64,000 nt of DNA from Nitrospirota bacterium (lineage in GTDB: Bacteria; Nitrospirota; UBA9217). Positions 1-10,600 of this stretch are shown in pieces (position 1 is the stretch's first letter; each line of letters opens with the position of its first letter). The notes beneath the pieces were generated by a model. That model had not been told where the DNA came from. It saw only the letters and a list, made by a program, of their open reading frames with translations, and searched no databases. A program made the translations under genes and the position numbers. The DNA lies in NCBI GenBank assembly GCA_963749655.1, contig CAVVOB010000028.1:256001-320000 (forward strand). The letters are read 5' to 3'.

Positions 1-1262
1 ACGGCCGGACCATCGATTTTTCAAAAATGAAGCCGCAGCAGGGAGACGATCCGGCGCCATTCTTCTCTTTTACAGAGAATCTACACCCTCTCCCACAAAT
101 GCCCTGTTTTCTAACTTATACGAATCGGACGACCCATGAATTTATTTTAAAAAACCTTGATCGCTCCCCACTGTATGCCGGTGTTATTAAAGGAATAGGG
201 CCGCGCTATTGTCCTTCTATAGAGGACAAGGTCAAACGTTTTTCAGAGCGTGACCGGCATCAGGTGTTTCTCGAGCCTGAGGGCCTTGATACCGAGGAAT
301 ACTACGCCAACGGCGTATCAACAAGCCTTCCCTATGATGTTCAGGTCATGATATACCGGTCCATAGCCGGACTTGAGGATGTCGAGATCATGAGGCCGGC
401 TTATGCCATAGAATACGATTTCGCGCCGCCTACACAGATCCTGCACACACTGGAAACAAAGAAGGTCCGCGGGCTTTATTTCGCGGGCCAGATCAATGGT
501 ACGTCGGGTTATGAGGAAGCTGCAGCCCAGGGACTCATGGCCGGAATCAATGCCGCGCTTAAGATCCAGAAGCGGTCCCCGCTCATTCTTTCCCGTGCTG
601 AGGCCTACATCGGTGTGTTGATCGATGATCTTGTCACGCGCGGTACGAATGAGCCTTATCGTATGTTCACCTCCCGCGCCGAATACCGGCTTCTTCTGCG
701 CGAAGACAACGCCGATCTGCGGCTCCGCGCGCGGGGGCATGAAATCGGCCTTGTGCCTTCAGACATATATAATGAGTTTCTTGAAAAGAAACAAAACATC
801 GAGAGTGAAATTGGACGGCTGAAAAAAACCTGGGTTAAGCCGACTCAAAGCATAAATGACATCCTTATCAAAGCTGATTCTACGCCTCTTGTGGGAGAAA
901 CTTCTCTTGATCAACTTTTGAAGCGGCCAGAGGTGGGATATCATCACATCTATACCCTCTGTCCAGGAGACAGTACGCTTGCTCCTGCAGTTGCCGAGCA
1001 GGTGGAGATCCAGGTAAAGTACGAGGGATATATTCAGCGTCAGCTCCAACAGGTGGAGCAGTTTGCATCAATGGAGCAGAAAGGTGTGCCCGCAGACATG
1101 GACTATGATGCTATTACCGGTCTGGGCGCTGAGGTGAAGCAGAAACTGAAGCAGGTGCAGCCGGTTTCGCTCGGTCAGGCATCGCGCATATCAGGCATCA
1201 CTCCGGCCGCCATATCCCTGCTCATGGTCGCGCTCGATAAGCGGAAGAGGGGACGGGCATGA
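1..1262 (+). CDS. mnmG: tRNA uridine-5-carboxymethylaminomethyl synthesis enzyme MnmG/GidA (5' end outside window)
   Basis: GPRYCPSIEDK, AGQINGTSGYEEAAAQG and EPYRMFTSRAEYRL motifs. Confidence 0.98.
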   Translation, partial: GRTIDFSKMKPQQGDDPAPFFSFTENLHPLPQMPCFLTYTNRTTHEFILKNLDRSPLYAGVIKGIGPRYCPSIEDKVKRFSERDRHQVFLEPEGLDTEEYYANGVSTSLPYDVQVMIYRSIAGLEDVEIMRPAYAIEYDFAPPTQILHTLETKKVRGLYFAGQINGTSGYEEAAAQGLMAGINAALKIQKRSPLILSRAEAYIGVLIDDLVTRGTNEPYRMFTSRAEYRLLLREDNADLRLRARGHEIGLVPSDIYNEFLEKKQNIESEIGRLKKTWVKPTQSINDILIKADSTPLVGETSLDQLLKRPEVGYHHIYTLCPGDSTLAPAVAEQVEIQVKYEGYIQRQLQQVEQFASMEQKGVPADMDYDAITGLGAEVKQKLKQVQPVSLGQASRISGITPAAISLLMVALDKRKRGRA

Positions 1263-1317
1263 CCGGTCCGGACAAAAGGCCTGTCGTGCGCGCTGCGACA
1301 GCGACGGAGTCCAGGCG

Positions 1318-1963
1318 ATGACCCCAGAGGGAGCTGCTCTCTGACGGCGCGCGCGAGCTCGGGATCGATCTATCGCTTGAGGAGATCAACTCCCTTTTCC
1401 TCTTTCTGGCAGAGCTGAAAAAGTGGAACCGGAAGATCAACCTTACGGCCATCAGGGACGAGCAGGACATTATCATAAAACATGTCCTTGACTCCCTCTC
1501 GTACCTGAAGGGCTTTGATGAGACCCCGGGATTGAGGCTTCTGGACATGGGATCGGGCGCAGGCTTTCCGGCTTTGGTGATCAAGATCGTCCGGCCCGGC
1601 ATAGCCGTCACGCTCGTCGAATCGGTGAAGAAGAAGGCCTCCTTTCTGCGCCATTGCATGAGGACCCTCAGGATAGCAGGGCTCGAGGTCATGGACATAC
1701 GGCTCGAAAAGCTTGAGGCCTCCACCCATGCATCCTTCGATGTCGTAACAGCCCGGGCATTTGCGGACATGTCCTCTGCGGTTTCCGCAGGCTCTGTTTT
1801 TCTTAAGCCCGGCGGTCGGATGGTATTGAGCCGGGGCCCGCAGGAGACCATCAGCGAGGCAGAGCTGGCAGAAGCGGGAATGTCACGGGAGAGCAGGATC
1901 GACCTTGTTCTTCCCCATTCGGATAATAATAGGTCGATCTGGATTTTTCGCAAAGCCGGATAG
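1318..1963 (+). CDS. rsmG: 16S rRNA m7G527 methyltransferase RsmG/GidB; apparent +1 indel right after the start (about 1330)
   Basis: KWNRKINLTAIRD, KHVLDSL, LLDMGSGAGFPAL, VESVKKKASFL, VTARAF; directly follows mnmG. The ATG at 1318 is one base out of frame with the body. Confidence 0.92.
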
Positions 1964-2083
1964 ATAACTGAAGGGAGTGTATTTCCCGGACCATCGCTCT
2001 GCGAAGAAGAGACTAAGACGGTACGCGATGTTGTCGCGTACCGTACCGGCACTCAGAAGGATGCTTTCCAGCCAAGGACAATC

Positions 2084-3151
2084 ATGTCAGAGACTACACT
2101 CAAAATACCGACGGAGTGGCGCGAGTGCGCTGCGGAAATCAACGCCCAGGGCGGACCGGTGCTTGCAATAGGAGAGACCGGCTCGGGCAAGACGACGTTT
2201 TGCCTCTACCTTGCAGGACTCGCCTGCAGGACCAACAAGCGGGTCGCCTGGATCGATGCTGATCCCGGGCGGCCTTATATCGGTCCGCCGGCAGCTCTTT
2301 CCCTGACACCCTTTACCGACGCATCAGATCTGCTGAAGCGAAAGAACCCGATGACCATGAGTTTTATCGGGAACACCTCCCCGGTGGGCAGGCTCCTCGA
2401 AATGATCTCGGGACTCCAGAAGCTGGTCTCTTATGCGCGGTCGCTCGAGTCGGACCTCATCCTCATTAATGCCTGTGGTCTCGTAAGCGGGGGAGCGGCC
2501 CGGGAGCTCAACTTCCATGAGATCGACATGATCTCTCCGCGCTATGTCGTCGGCCTGCAGAGAGGGGCCGAGATCGAGCATCTGCTTGCTCCGCACTCCC
2601 ATCGCGCGAACCTGCTGATCCGCCGTCTCCCGGTATCGCCTGATGCGAAGATGCTGACCCGAGAAGCCAGACAGGCCGCTCGGGAGCAGCGCTTCAAGGA
2701 CTACTTCCGCGGCGCGGATTTTCATGAGATCTCGCTCTATGATGTCGGCGTCCATGGCACCGGGCTGGGCAACGGCGAACGTCTCGGGTTCCGCGACATC
2801 AACAAGCTCTCGAAGATCCTTCAGGCCATCGTGGTCCACGCCGAACTGTCCACAGACCGCCTGTTCATCATCATTGACGGCAACTATGCCGAGGCAGAGT
2901 TGTATACTGCCAAAGACCAGTACAATGTACGCGATGTCGTGATTGTCAAAATGTCCGAGCTGGACCACCTGCTTGTCGGTCTGAACGATGACCGGAATCT
3001 TTGCCTCGGCCTCGGCATTCTGCGGACCATCGATGTAAAGGAACTTTCCATCAGGGTGATCACCCCGCTCAAAGACGTATCCAATGTTCGCCATATTTCC
3101 CTCGGCTCTCTTCGGGTAAGCCCCGCCGGCACCGAGCTGGGCCAGGTATAA
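2084..3151 (+). CDS. Clp1/Grc3/Nol9-family polynucleotide 5'-hydroxyl kinase-like protein
   Basis: P-loop GETGSGKTT, DADPG..IGPP, FIGNTSP, R..RFKDYF lid, C-terminal LVGL..CLGLG. Confidence 0.8.
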   Translation: MSETTLKIPTEWRECAAEINAQGGPVLAIGETGSGKTTFCLYLAGLACRTNKRVAWIDADPGRPYIGPPAALSLTPFTDASDLLKRKNPMTMSFIGNTSPVGRLLEMISGLQKLVSYARSLESDLILINACGLVSGGAARELNFHEIDMISPRYVVGLQRGAEIEHLLAPHSHRANLLIRRLPVSPDAKMLTREARQAAREQRFKDYFRGADFHEISLYDVGVHGTGLGNGERLGFRDINKLSKILQAIVVHAELSTDRLFIIIDGNYAEAELYTAKDQYNVRDVVIVKMSELDHLLVGLNDDRNLCLGLGILRTIDVKELSIRVITPLKDVSNVRHISLGSLRVSPAGTELGQV

Positions 3152-3196
3152 ACCCACACGTCCTGCATTCCCAGCCTTATCATTCACCAATCCCTA

Positions 3197-3212
3197 TGTT
3201 CCACGTGGAACA
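3197..3212. promoter_or_regulatory. parS site (ParB binding)
   Basis: Perfect palindrome TGTTCCACGTGGAACA matching the parS consensus, close to parAB. Confidence 0.93.
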
Positions 3213-3334
3213 TGATGCCGGACAGAGGGCCTTCCGACGGAGCCTGATTTCTTCCCACCTCTCTCATAGACTTCGGAATCAGCCGTCTGCAAGCAACCTT
3301 CCTCATTAAAATATTTTTAAGACAAGCCTCCCTA

Positions 3335-3377
3335 TATGATGCGCGTCATAACCATCCTGTTGCCCGTCCCGTATACT
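3335..3377 (+). promoter_or_regulatory. Crp/Fnr-family (HcpR-like) operator and -10 box of the hcp promoter
   Basis: Palindrome TATGA-N6-TCATA (3335-3350) and TATACT (3372-3377); spacing fits a class II site centred near -41.5. Confidence 0.65.
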
Positions 3378-3432
3378 GCGCCTCGACAAGGCAATTGAAA
3401 CAGCCATCTTAATTTAACCGAGGAGGTCAGGA

Positions 3433-5121
3433 ATGTTTTGTTATCAGTGCGAACAGGCTTCAAACGGCAAAGGATGCACCAAGATCGGGGTGTGCGGCAA
3501 GGACCCGGAGTTATCGGCTTTGCAGGACCTCTTGATCTATTCTCTGAAAGGGCTTTCGCTCGTTGCAGTTGAAGGCAGGGGGCACGGCGTCAATGACGAG
3601 GAAGTCAATCTCTTCCTGACCAAGGGGCTCTTTTCAACGCTCACGAACGTGGACTTCGATCCCCAACGGTTCGAAAAGCTTATCCGGAAGAGCGTCGAGC
3701 TCCGCGAGGGGCTGAAGGCAAAGGTCAAAGCAGCAGGCGGCAGAACGGACTTCGCCCACGGCAGCGCTTCCTACTAACCGGCTGCGACCGTTGAGGCAAT
3801 GGCAAAGCAGGGCCGCGAGGTCCGGGAGCGGGTGCCTGATGCCATGATCAACCCCGACATCCAGTCGCTCCAGGACATTCTTCTGTTCGGTCTCAAGGGC
3901 GTGGCGGCTTACGCGGATCATGCCCAGATCCTCGGGAAAACCGATGATTCGGTTTATGCATTCATGGCCGAGGCCCTGGCAGCTATGACCGGCACTGATC
4001 TCGGCCTGAATGAATGGATCGCGCTCGTGCTTAAATGCGGAGAGGTGAACCTCAAGACAATGGAGATCCTCGATGCGGCCAATACCGGAACCTACGGTCA
4101 CCCGGTGCCGACAAAGGTTCCCTTGGGATCGAAAAAAGGAAAGGCAATTCTCGTTTCTGGACATGATCTGAAGGACCTCGAAGCAATTCTGAAGCAGAGT
4201 GAAGGCAAGGGGATCAATGTTTACACCCACGGCGAGATGCTGCCTGCGCACGGCTATCCGGCGCTCAAGAAATATCCGCACTTCTACGGTCATTACGGAA
4301 CCGCCTGGCAGAACCAGCACAAGGAGTTCGCTCACTTCCCCGGCGCGATCGTTATGACAACGAACTGCATCCAGAAACCGCTGGCATCGTATAAGGACAA
4401 TCTCTTTACCTGTGGTCTTGTTGGATGGCCCGATGTCGCCCATATCGCAGATGGAAGCTTCAGGCCGGTGATCGAACGGGCTTTGGCGCTTCCCGGCTTT
4501 ACTGAGGACGCACCGGGCAAGGAGGTCTTCGCAGGTTTTGCACGGAATTCCGTGCTCGGTGTGGCAGACAAGGTGATCGATGCGGTGAAAGAGGGCCAGA
4601 TCCGCCACTTCTTCCTCGTCGGCGGCTGCGACGGCGCCAAGCCGGGAAGGAACTATTATACCGAATTCGTGGAAAAGGCCCCGAAAGACACCGTGGTCCT
4701 GACCCTGGCCTGCGGCAAGTTCCGGTTCTTTGACAAGAACCTCGGGGACATCGGCGGCATTCCCCGGCTGCTCGACATCGGCCAGTGCAATGATGCCTAT
4801 TCCGCTATTCAGATCGCCCTTGCCCTCTCAAAGGCCTTCAACCTCGGCGTAAATGATCTGCCGCTGTCGCTTGTCCTGTCCTGGTACGAGCAGAAGGCCG
4901 TCGCGATCCTGCTGACGCTGCTCCATCTCGGCATCAAGGACATCCGCCTTGGCCCGACGCTCCCGGCCTTTATAACGCCGAATGTGCTCGACGTTCTCGT
5001 CAAGAACTTCAGCATCCGGCCCATTGCTGCGACCGCCGATGAGGACCTTGAGGATATTCTCGGTCCCTGCTGGAACCGGACCAAGGCAGAATGCCCGGAA
5101 GCAGACGAAGTGAGCGCTTAA
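3433..5121 (+). pseudogene. hcp: Hybrid cluster protein (hydroxylamine/NO reductase) interrupted by one in-frame TAA at 3775-3777
   Basis: MFCYQCEQ..GCTKIGVCGK, YTHGEMLPAH, TTNC, GGCDG, LACGKFRF, GQCNDAYSA, SWYEQKAV; both halves are in the same frame. Confidence 0.9.
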
Positions 5122-5198
5122 AACTTCCATATATATGCTACTAAAGAAACCTCCGTGCGGCAGGTCGGAAAATCCGTCCTGCCGTTCCTTTTTCTCGA

Positions 5199-5214
5199 TG
5201 TTCCACGTGGAACA
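5199..5214. promoter_or_regulatory. parS site (ParB binding)
   Basis: Second identical TGTTCCACGTGGAACA, about 210 bp upstream of parA. Confidence 0.93.
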
Positions 5215-5423
5215 TTGGACAAGGGATGGACGTCGTAACCGAAACTGCCGCCGCTTCCGCTCCCTTTTCACGAGCTGTTAGAAAGAATCCGGCGAATATC
5301 CATCGAAAAAATTCCTGTCAATTCGCGGCAAGCCTCTGTTTCCTAATTTTTTCTTCCTTTTGTCATGCTCCTATGGTAAATTGATCCGGTTCTGAACCAA
5401 TTATCGGAGGGCAGCATACGAGC

Positions 5424-6200
5424 ATGGGCAAGGTCATAGCAATCGCCAATCAGAAGGGCGGAGTCGGCAAAACAACAACCACGGTGAACATCGCCGCGTC
5501 GCTTGCTGCTGCTGAAAAAAAAGTGCTCCTCATCGATTCGGACCCCCAGGGAAACTCCACGAGCGGCATGGGGATCGACCGAAAGGACATCGCCGGCAGC
5601 ACCTACGACCTCTTTACCTCCAGGAAGACCATCCCGGAGATCAAGAAATCAACGCATTTTCCCTGGCTCGACGTGGTCCCGGCGAAGATCGATCTCGTCG
5701 GCGTCGAGGTTGAGCTCATTCAGATGATCGCCCGCGAGCGGGTGCTGAAGAAAGCGATCGCTCCCTTCAGGGATGAATATGATTACGTGCTCATCGACTG
5801 CCCCCCGTCCCTTGGCCTGCTTACGGTGAATGCCTTGACCGCGGCCGACGGAGTCATTATCCCGGTGCAGTGCGAATATTACGCCCTCGAAGGCCTGTCC
5901 GCTCTTACCAATACCATCAAGCTCATCAAGCAGGACCTGAATCCCGATCTCGCCATCGAGGGTGTGCTCCTCACCATGTACGACAGCAGAAACAACCTGG
6001 CGGACCAGGTGGCATCAGAAGTCAGAAAGTACTTCGGAAGCAAAGTATATACAACCGTCATCCACAGGAATGTGGCTCTCTCCGAAGCGCCGAGCCACGG
6101 CAAGCCCGTGCTGCTCTACGACATCCGGTCCCGCGGCGCCCAGAGCTATCTCGAACTCGCCAAGGAGGTCATCAGCCATGCAAAAGCAGGCGCTCGGTAA
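5424..6200 (+). CDS. parA: Chromosome partitioning ATPase ParA/Soj
   Basis: NQKGGVGKTTT, DSDPQGN, IDCPPSLGLLTVNAL, EAPSHGKP. Confidence 0.97.
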   Translation: MGKVIAIANQKGGVGKTTTTVNIAASLAAAEKKVLLIDSDPQGNSTSGMGIDRKDIAGSTYDLFTSRKTIPEIKKSTHFPWLDVVPAKIDLVGVEVELIQMIARERVLKKAIAPFRDEYDYVLIDCPPSLGLLTVNALTAADGVIIPVQCEYYALEGLSALTNTIKLIKQDLNPDLAIEGVLLTMYDSRNNLADQVASEVRKYFGSKVYTTVIHRNVALSEAPSHGKPVLLYDIRSRGAQSYLELAKEVISHAKAGAR

Positions 6201-7023
6201 GGGGCTCGGCGCCCTCATCCCGGACCTCTCGTCGCTCGATGATTCGGAGAAGAAGGCGCTCGGCATCAACGAGATCGAGCTCGACAAGATCATCCCGAAC
6301 GAATACCAGCCGCGCAAGGTCTTCAATGATGAAAAGCTGAAGGAGCTCGCGGCCTCAATCAGGGAACAGGGTGTGATTCAGCCCGTGATCGTGCACAAGT
6401 CCGGCAGCGGCTATCAGTTGATCGCCGGAGAACGGCGATGGCGGGCGTCCCGTCTCGCAGGCCTCAAGACCATACCCGCACTCGTGAAGGAAGCTACCAA
6501 GCGCGAACTGCTCGAGATGGCCCTGATCGAGAACATCCAGCGCGAGGACCTGAACCCCCTCGAAGCAGCCGAGGCGTACAAACGGCTCCAGGATGAATTC
6601 AAGCTTACGCAGGAAGACCTCGCGAGGCGTGTGGGCAAAGAGCGCTCGACGGTCACGAACTTCCTCCGCATCCTCCATCTGCCGAAAGAGGTAAAGCAGG
6701 ATCTGTCCACGGGCGCGCTCTCCATGGGCCACGCCAAGGCACTGCTGTCGCTCGAGCGCAGCCGCGACCAGATCCAGGCAGGCGCCTTGATAGTAAAGAA
6801 GGGGCTCTCGGTGCGCGAAGCCGAGGTACTGGCCAACAGACTCAAGAACCCGCAACGGGAAAAGAAGGCCTCTCAGAGCGCTGATCTGAAATCGCTCGAA
6901 GAAAAGCTCAGGAAGTCTCTGGGCACGAAGGTAAGCATCGCCCGGAAAGCGAAGGGCGGACGGATCGTGATTGAGTATTACTCGGCAGAAGAGCTGGACC
7001 GGATACTGGAAAAAATCAGTTAG
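6178..7023 (+). CDS. parB: Chromosome partitioning protein ParB/Spo0J
   Basis: ALGKGLGAL N-terminus, QPRK, IAGERRWRA, ENIQREDLNPLE. Confidence 0.97.
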   Translation: MQKQALGKGLGALIPDLSSLDDSEKKALGINEIELDKIIPNEYQPRKVFNDEKLKELAASIREQGVIQPVIVHKSGSGYQLIAGERRWRASRLAGLKTIPALVKEATKRELLEMALIENIQREDLNPLEAAEAYKRLQDEFKLTQEDLARRVGKERSTVTNFLRILHLPKEVKQDLSTGALSMGHAKALLSLERSRDQIQAGALIVKKGLSVREAEVLANRLKNPQREKKASQSADLKSLEEKLRKSLGTKVSIARKAKGGRIVIEYYSAEELDRILEKIS

Positions 7024-7109
7024 CCACGAATTAACACGAATTTTCACGAAAAGAACTCGGTGTTTGGTTCTGCCTTTACCATTCGTGTCCATTCGTGAAA
7101 ATTCGTGGC
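7022..7109. repeat. Imperfect decamer-based inverted repeat (CACGAATTAA.. / ..TTCGTG)
   Basis: GCCACGAATTAACACGAATTTTCACGAA pairs with TTCGTGTCCATTCGTGAAAATTCGTGGC; a related half-copy lies at about 39383-39410. Confidence 0.8.
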
Positions 7110-7136
7110 AAAAAATAGAGTTTTCGGAGGTTATCC

Positions 7137-7532
7137 ATGTTGAAGAAAGGTTCTGGTTCACCTGAGCAGGCGGAAATCACCGCATTCCTGGGGAAGGGAA
7201 CGGAATTCAAGGGCGTGCTGAGTTTCGAGGGCACCATCCGCGTCGACGGCAAAGTGGAAGGCGAGATCGTCTCCAAAGACACCCTCATCGCGGGCGACGG
7301 CGCATTCCTCCAGGGCGAGATCACCATCGGCACGCTCATCTCGAGCGGCAAGATTGTGGGCAACGTCAACGCGACCCAGAAAGTTCACATCCTGGCTCCC
7401 GCGAACATCCAGGGCAACATCCGCACTCCCAAGCTCATCATTGAAGAAGGCGTGACCTTCGACGGCAAGTGCGAAATGGCCGGGGAAAAGAAGGCAGCGG
7501 AACAGAAGGTCGTGTCGCTCACGGACCGGTAA
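7137..7532 (+). CDS. Bactofilin (polymer-forming cytoskeletal protein)
   Basis: FLGKGTEFKGVLSFEGTIRVDGKVEGEI ... LIIEEGVTFDGKCEM; typical position after parB. Confidence 0.92.
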   Translation: MLKKGSGSPEQAEITAFLGKGTEFKGVLSFEGTIRVDGKVEGEIVSKDTLIAGDGAFLQGEITIGTLISSGKIVGNVNATQKVHILAPANIQGNIRTPKLIIEEGVTFDGKCEMAGEKKAAEQKVVSLTDR

Positions 7533-7656
7533 TTTTCTTCGACGCACAATACCAGGAAAAAAGAAGAAGGGGGGAGCGGCGGTGAAGTGCGTCATACCCC
7601 ATTCGCGCGTTCATCCTTCTTCTTAGGATTTTCCCCCGGGAATATAAAAAACACTC

Positions 7657-10600
7657 ATGACTCTTTTCCATCTCTTCCGCACTCCGGCTCTCTCTCCATA
7701 CCAGACCGCGGGCCTGCTCGCAGCAGCACAGCAGAACGTCTCATCCGTCATCACGGCGCTCGAGACCGAGTTCTGTTTCAACGTGGCATCCGACAGCGCG
7801 CTCTCCGCTGATGAGATGCGTCTGCTGCGCTGGCTCCTGGCCGAGACCTTCGAGCCGGAAAAATTTTCCACGAGCAGTTTCCTAACTCATAACTCCAAAC
7901 TCCGAACTCAAAACGCGGTTCTTGAAGTCGGTCCCCGCATGAACTTCACGACAGCCTGGTCCACGAACGCGGTCTCGGTCTGTCATGCCTGCGGTCTTTC
8001 GAAGATCACGAGGATCGAGCGCTCGCGCAGATACCGACTTGACCTCAAACCAGGGGCATCCCTTTCCGCGGAGCAGACAGGGAGATTCCTTTCCCTCGTT
8101 CATGACCGGATGACCGAGTGCCCCTATCCCGCGCCGCTTGCAACCTTCGAGACCGGGATCAAGCCCGAGCCCGTCAGGACCATCCCGCTCCTGCAGGAGG
8201 GGAGGCCGGCACTGGAGCGGATCAACCGCGAAATGGGGCTGGGGCTCGATGACTGGGACCTTGACTACTACACGAACCTCTTCGTCAAAGACATCGGACG
8301 AAACCCCACCAACGTGGAATGCTTCGACCTGTCCCAGTCCAACAGCGAGCACTCACGCCACTGGTTCTTCCGCGGCAAGCTGGTCGTCGACGGGAAGGAA
8401 ATTCCCGAGACCCTCATGAAGATCGTGAAGGCGACCTGGGAGGCGAACCGGAACAACAGCGTCATCGCCTTCAGCGACAATTCCAGCGCCATCATCGGCT
8501 ATGACATCACGACGATCGTACCCCGAGTCCGTGGGCAGGCCGTCCCCCTTCCGGGAGACGAAGCGGAAATATCATGTGATCCTGACGGCCGAGACGCACA
8601 ACTTCCCGTCGGGCGTGGCCCCTTTCCCGGGCGCCGAGACCGGCACGGGCGGCCGCATCCGCGACGTGCAGGCCACGGGCACGGGCGGCCTGGTGGTGTC
8701 CGGCACGGCGGCCTACTGCGTGGGCAATCTCCGGATCCCGGGGTACGAGCTTCCGTGGGAAGATCCGGCATATGCATATCCGAATAATCTCGCCTCACCG
8801 CTTCAGATCGAGGTCGAGGCAAGCAACGGCGCTTCGGACTACGGCAACAAGTTCGGCGAACCAGTGATCCAGGGCTTCACCCGCTCCTTCGGCCTGCGCC
8901 TGCCCGACGGCGAGCGCAGGGAGTGGCTCAAGCCGATCATGTTCTCCGGCGGCATCGGCCAGATGGACAGCCGCCATACGGAAAAAACCGCAGCCCGAGA
9001 AGGGCATGCTCGTGGTGAAGGTGGGCGGACCGGCCTACCGCATCGGCATGGGCGGCGGGGCCGCCTCGTCCATGATCCAGGGCGAGAACGTGGCCGAACT
9101 CGACTTTAATGCCGTGCAGCGCGGCGACGCTGAGATGGAGCAGAAGCTGAACCGCGTGATCCGCGCCTGCGTGGAGCTGGGGGACAAGAACCCGATCCAG
9201 AGCATTCACGACCAGGGCGCAGGCGGCAACTGCAATGTGGTGAAGGAGATCGTCCATCCGGCCGGCGCCAAGATCGAGATCCGGAAGATCCTCGTCGGAG
9301 ATGCAACGCTCTCGGTGCTCGAGATCTGGGGCGCCGAATATCAGGAGCAGAACGCGCTTCTGCTGAAGCCGGAGCACGAAGACCAGTTCCGCTCGCTCTG
9401 CAGGCGCGAGAAGGTTCCCGTGGCGATCATCGGCACGGTGACCGGCAGCGGCTACTATCGTCCTCTATGACGCAAACGACGGATCGACGCCCGAGAACCT
9501 GGAGCTTGCCAAAGTCCTGGGCGACATGCCGCAGAAGGTGTTCAAGCTCGACCGGCTGCCGCGCACCCTCAAGCCGCTTGAACTTCCGAAAGACCTTACC
9601 GTGCGCCAGGCACTCGACCGGGTGCTGCGGCTTCTTTCGGTCGGGTCCAAGCGCTTTCTTACGAACAAGGTCGACCGCTCGGTCACCGGCCTCATCGCCC
9701 GGCAGCAGTGCGCAGGTCCGCTTCAGCTCACGGTGTCCGATGTGGCCGTCATTGCTCAGTCCCACTTCGGCCTGACCGGCGCCGCGATCTCGATCGGCGA
9801 GCAGCCGGTGAAGGAGCTTATCGATCCCGCTGCCATGGCCAGAATGAGCGTGGGCGAAGCCCTGACGAACATGGTCTGGGCCCGCGTCTCCGGTCTCGGC
9901 GACATTCGCTGCTCTGCAAACTGGATGTGGGCACCGAAGCTTCCCGGCGAAGGGTCCCGTATGTACGACGCCGCGGTTGCCATGCGCGACGTGATGATCG
10001 AGTTCGGCATGGCCGTGGACGGAGGCAAGGACAGCCTGTCCATGGCCGCCCGGGTGACGAATGCGGACGGCACCCACGAAACCGTGAAGTCGCCGGGCAC
10101 GCTCGTGATCTCCGCCTATGTGACCTGCCCGGACATAACGAAGACCGTGACGCCGGACCTCAAGGCGCCGGGGAGAAGCAAGCTCCTCTTCATTGATCTC
10201 GGAAGCATCCAAAACCGCATGGGCGGTTCCGCCCTCGCGCAGGTCTTCGGCCAGGTCGGCGACCGTTGTCCCGACCTCGATGATCCGCAGGCTCTCACCA
10301 GGACCTTCAATGCCGTCCAGCAGCTCGTTTCCGACGGGCTGATCCTCTCCGGCCACGACCGGTCCGACGGAGGACTCGCGACGACGCTGCTCGAAATGGC
10401 CTTTGCCGGCAACTGCGGCATCGAGATCGATCTCGGAAAACAGGACGATGAGCATAGCCGCGCTCTTCTCGGAAGAGCTCGGGCCTCGCGATCGAATATC
10501 TCCCGTCGCTGAAGAAGCGAAAATATTCTCGATTCTTGATAATGCCGCAGTGCCGTATCAGGTGATCGGCAAAACGCTCGCGGACAAGCGAGTCGTCTTT

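Noticed and set aside
1259-1321. Selenocysteine readthrough of TGA at 1319 in rsmG
   Set aside because: The position is non-catalytic, and the ATG at 1318 plus one extra G explains the sequence more simply.
3775-3777. Stop-codon recoding (Sec/Pyl) in hcp
   Set aside because: The codon is TAA, which is used as a normal stop throughout the window.
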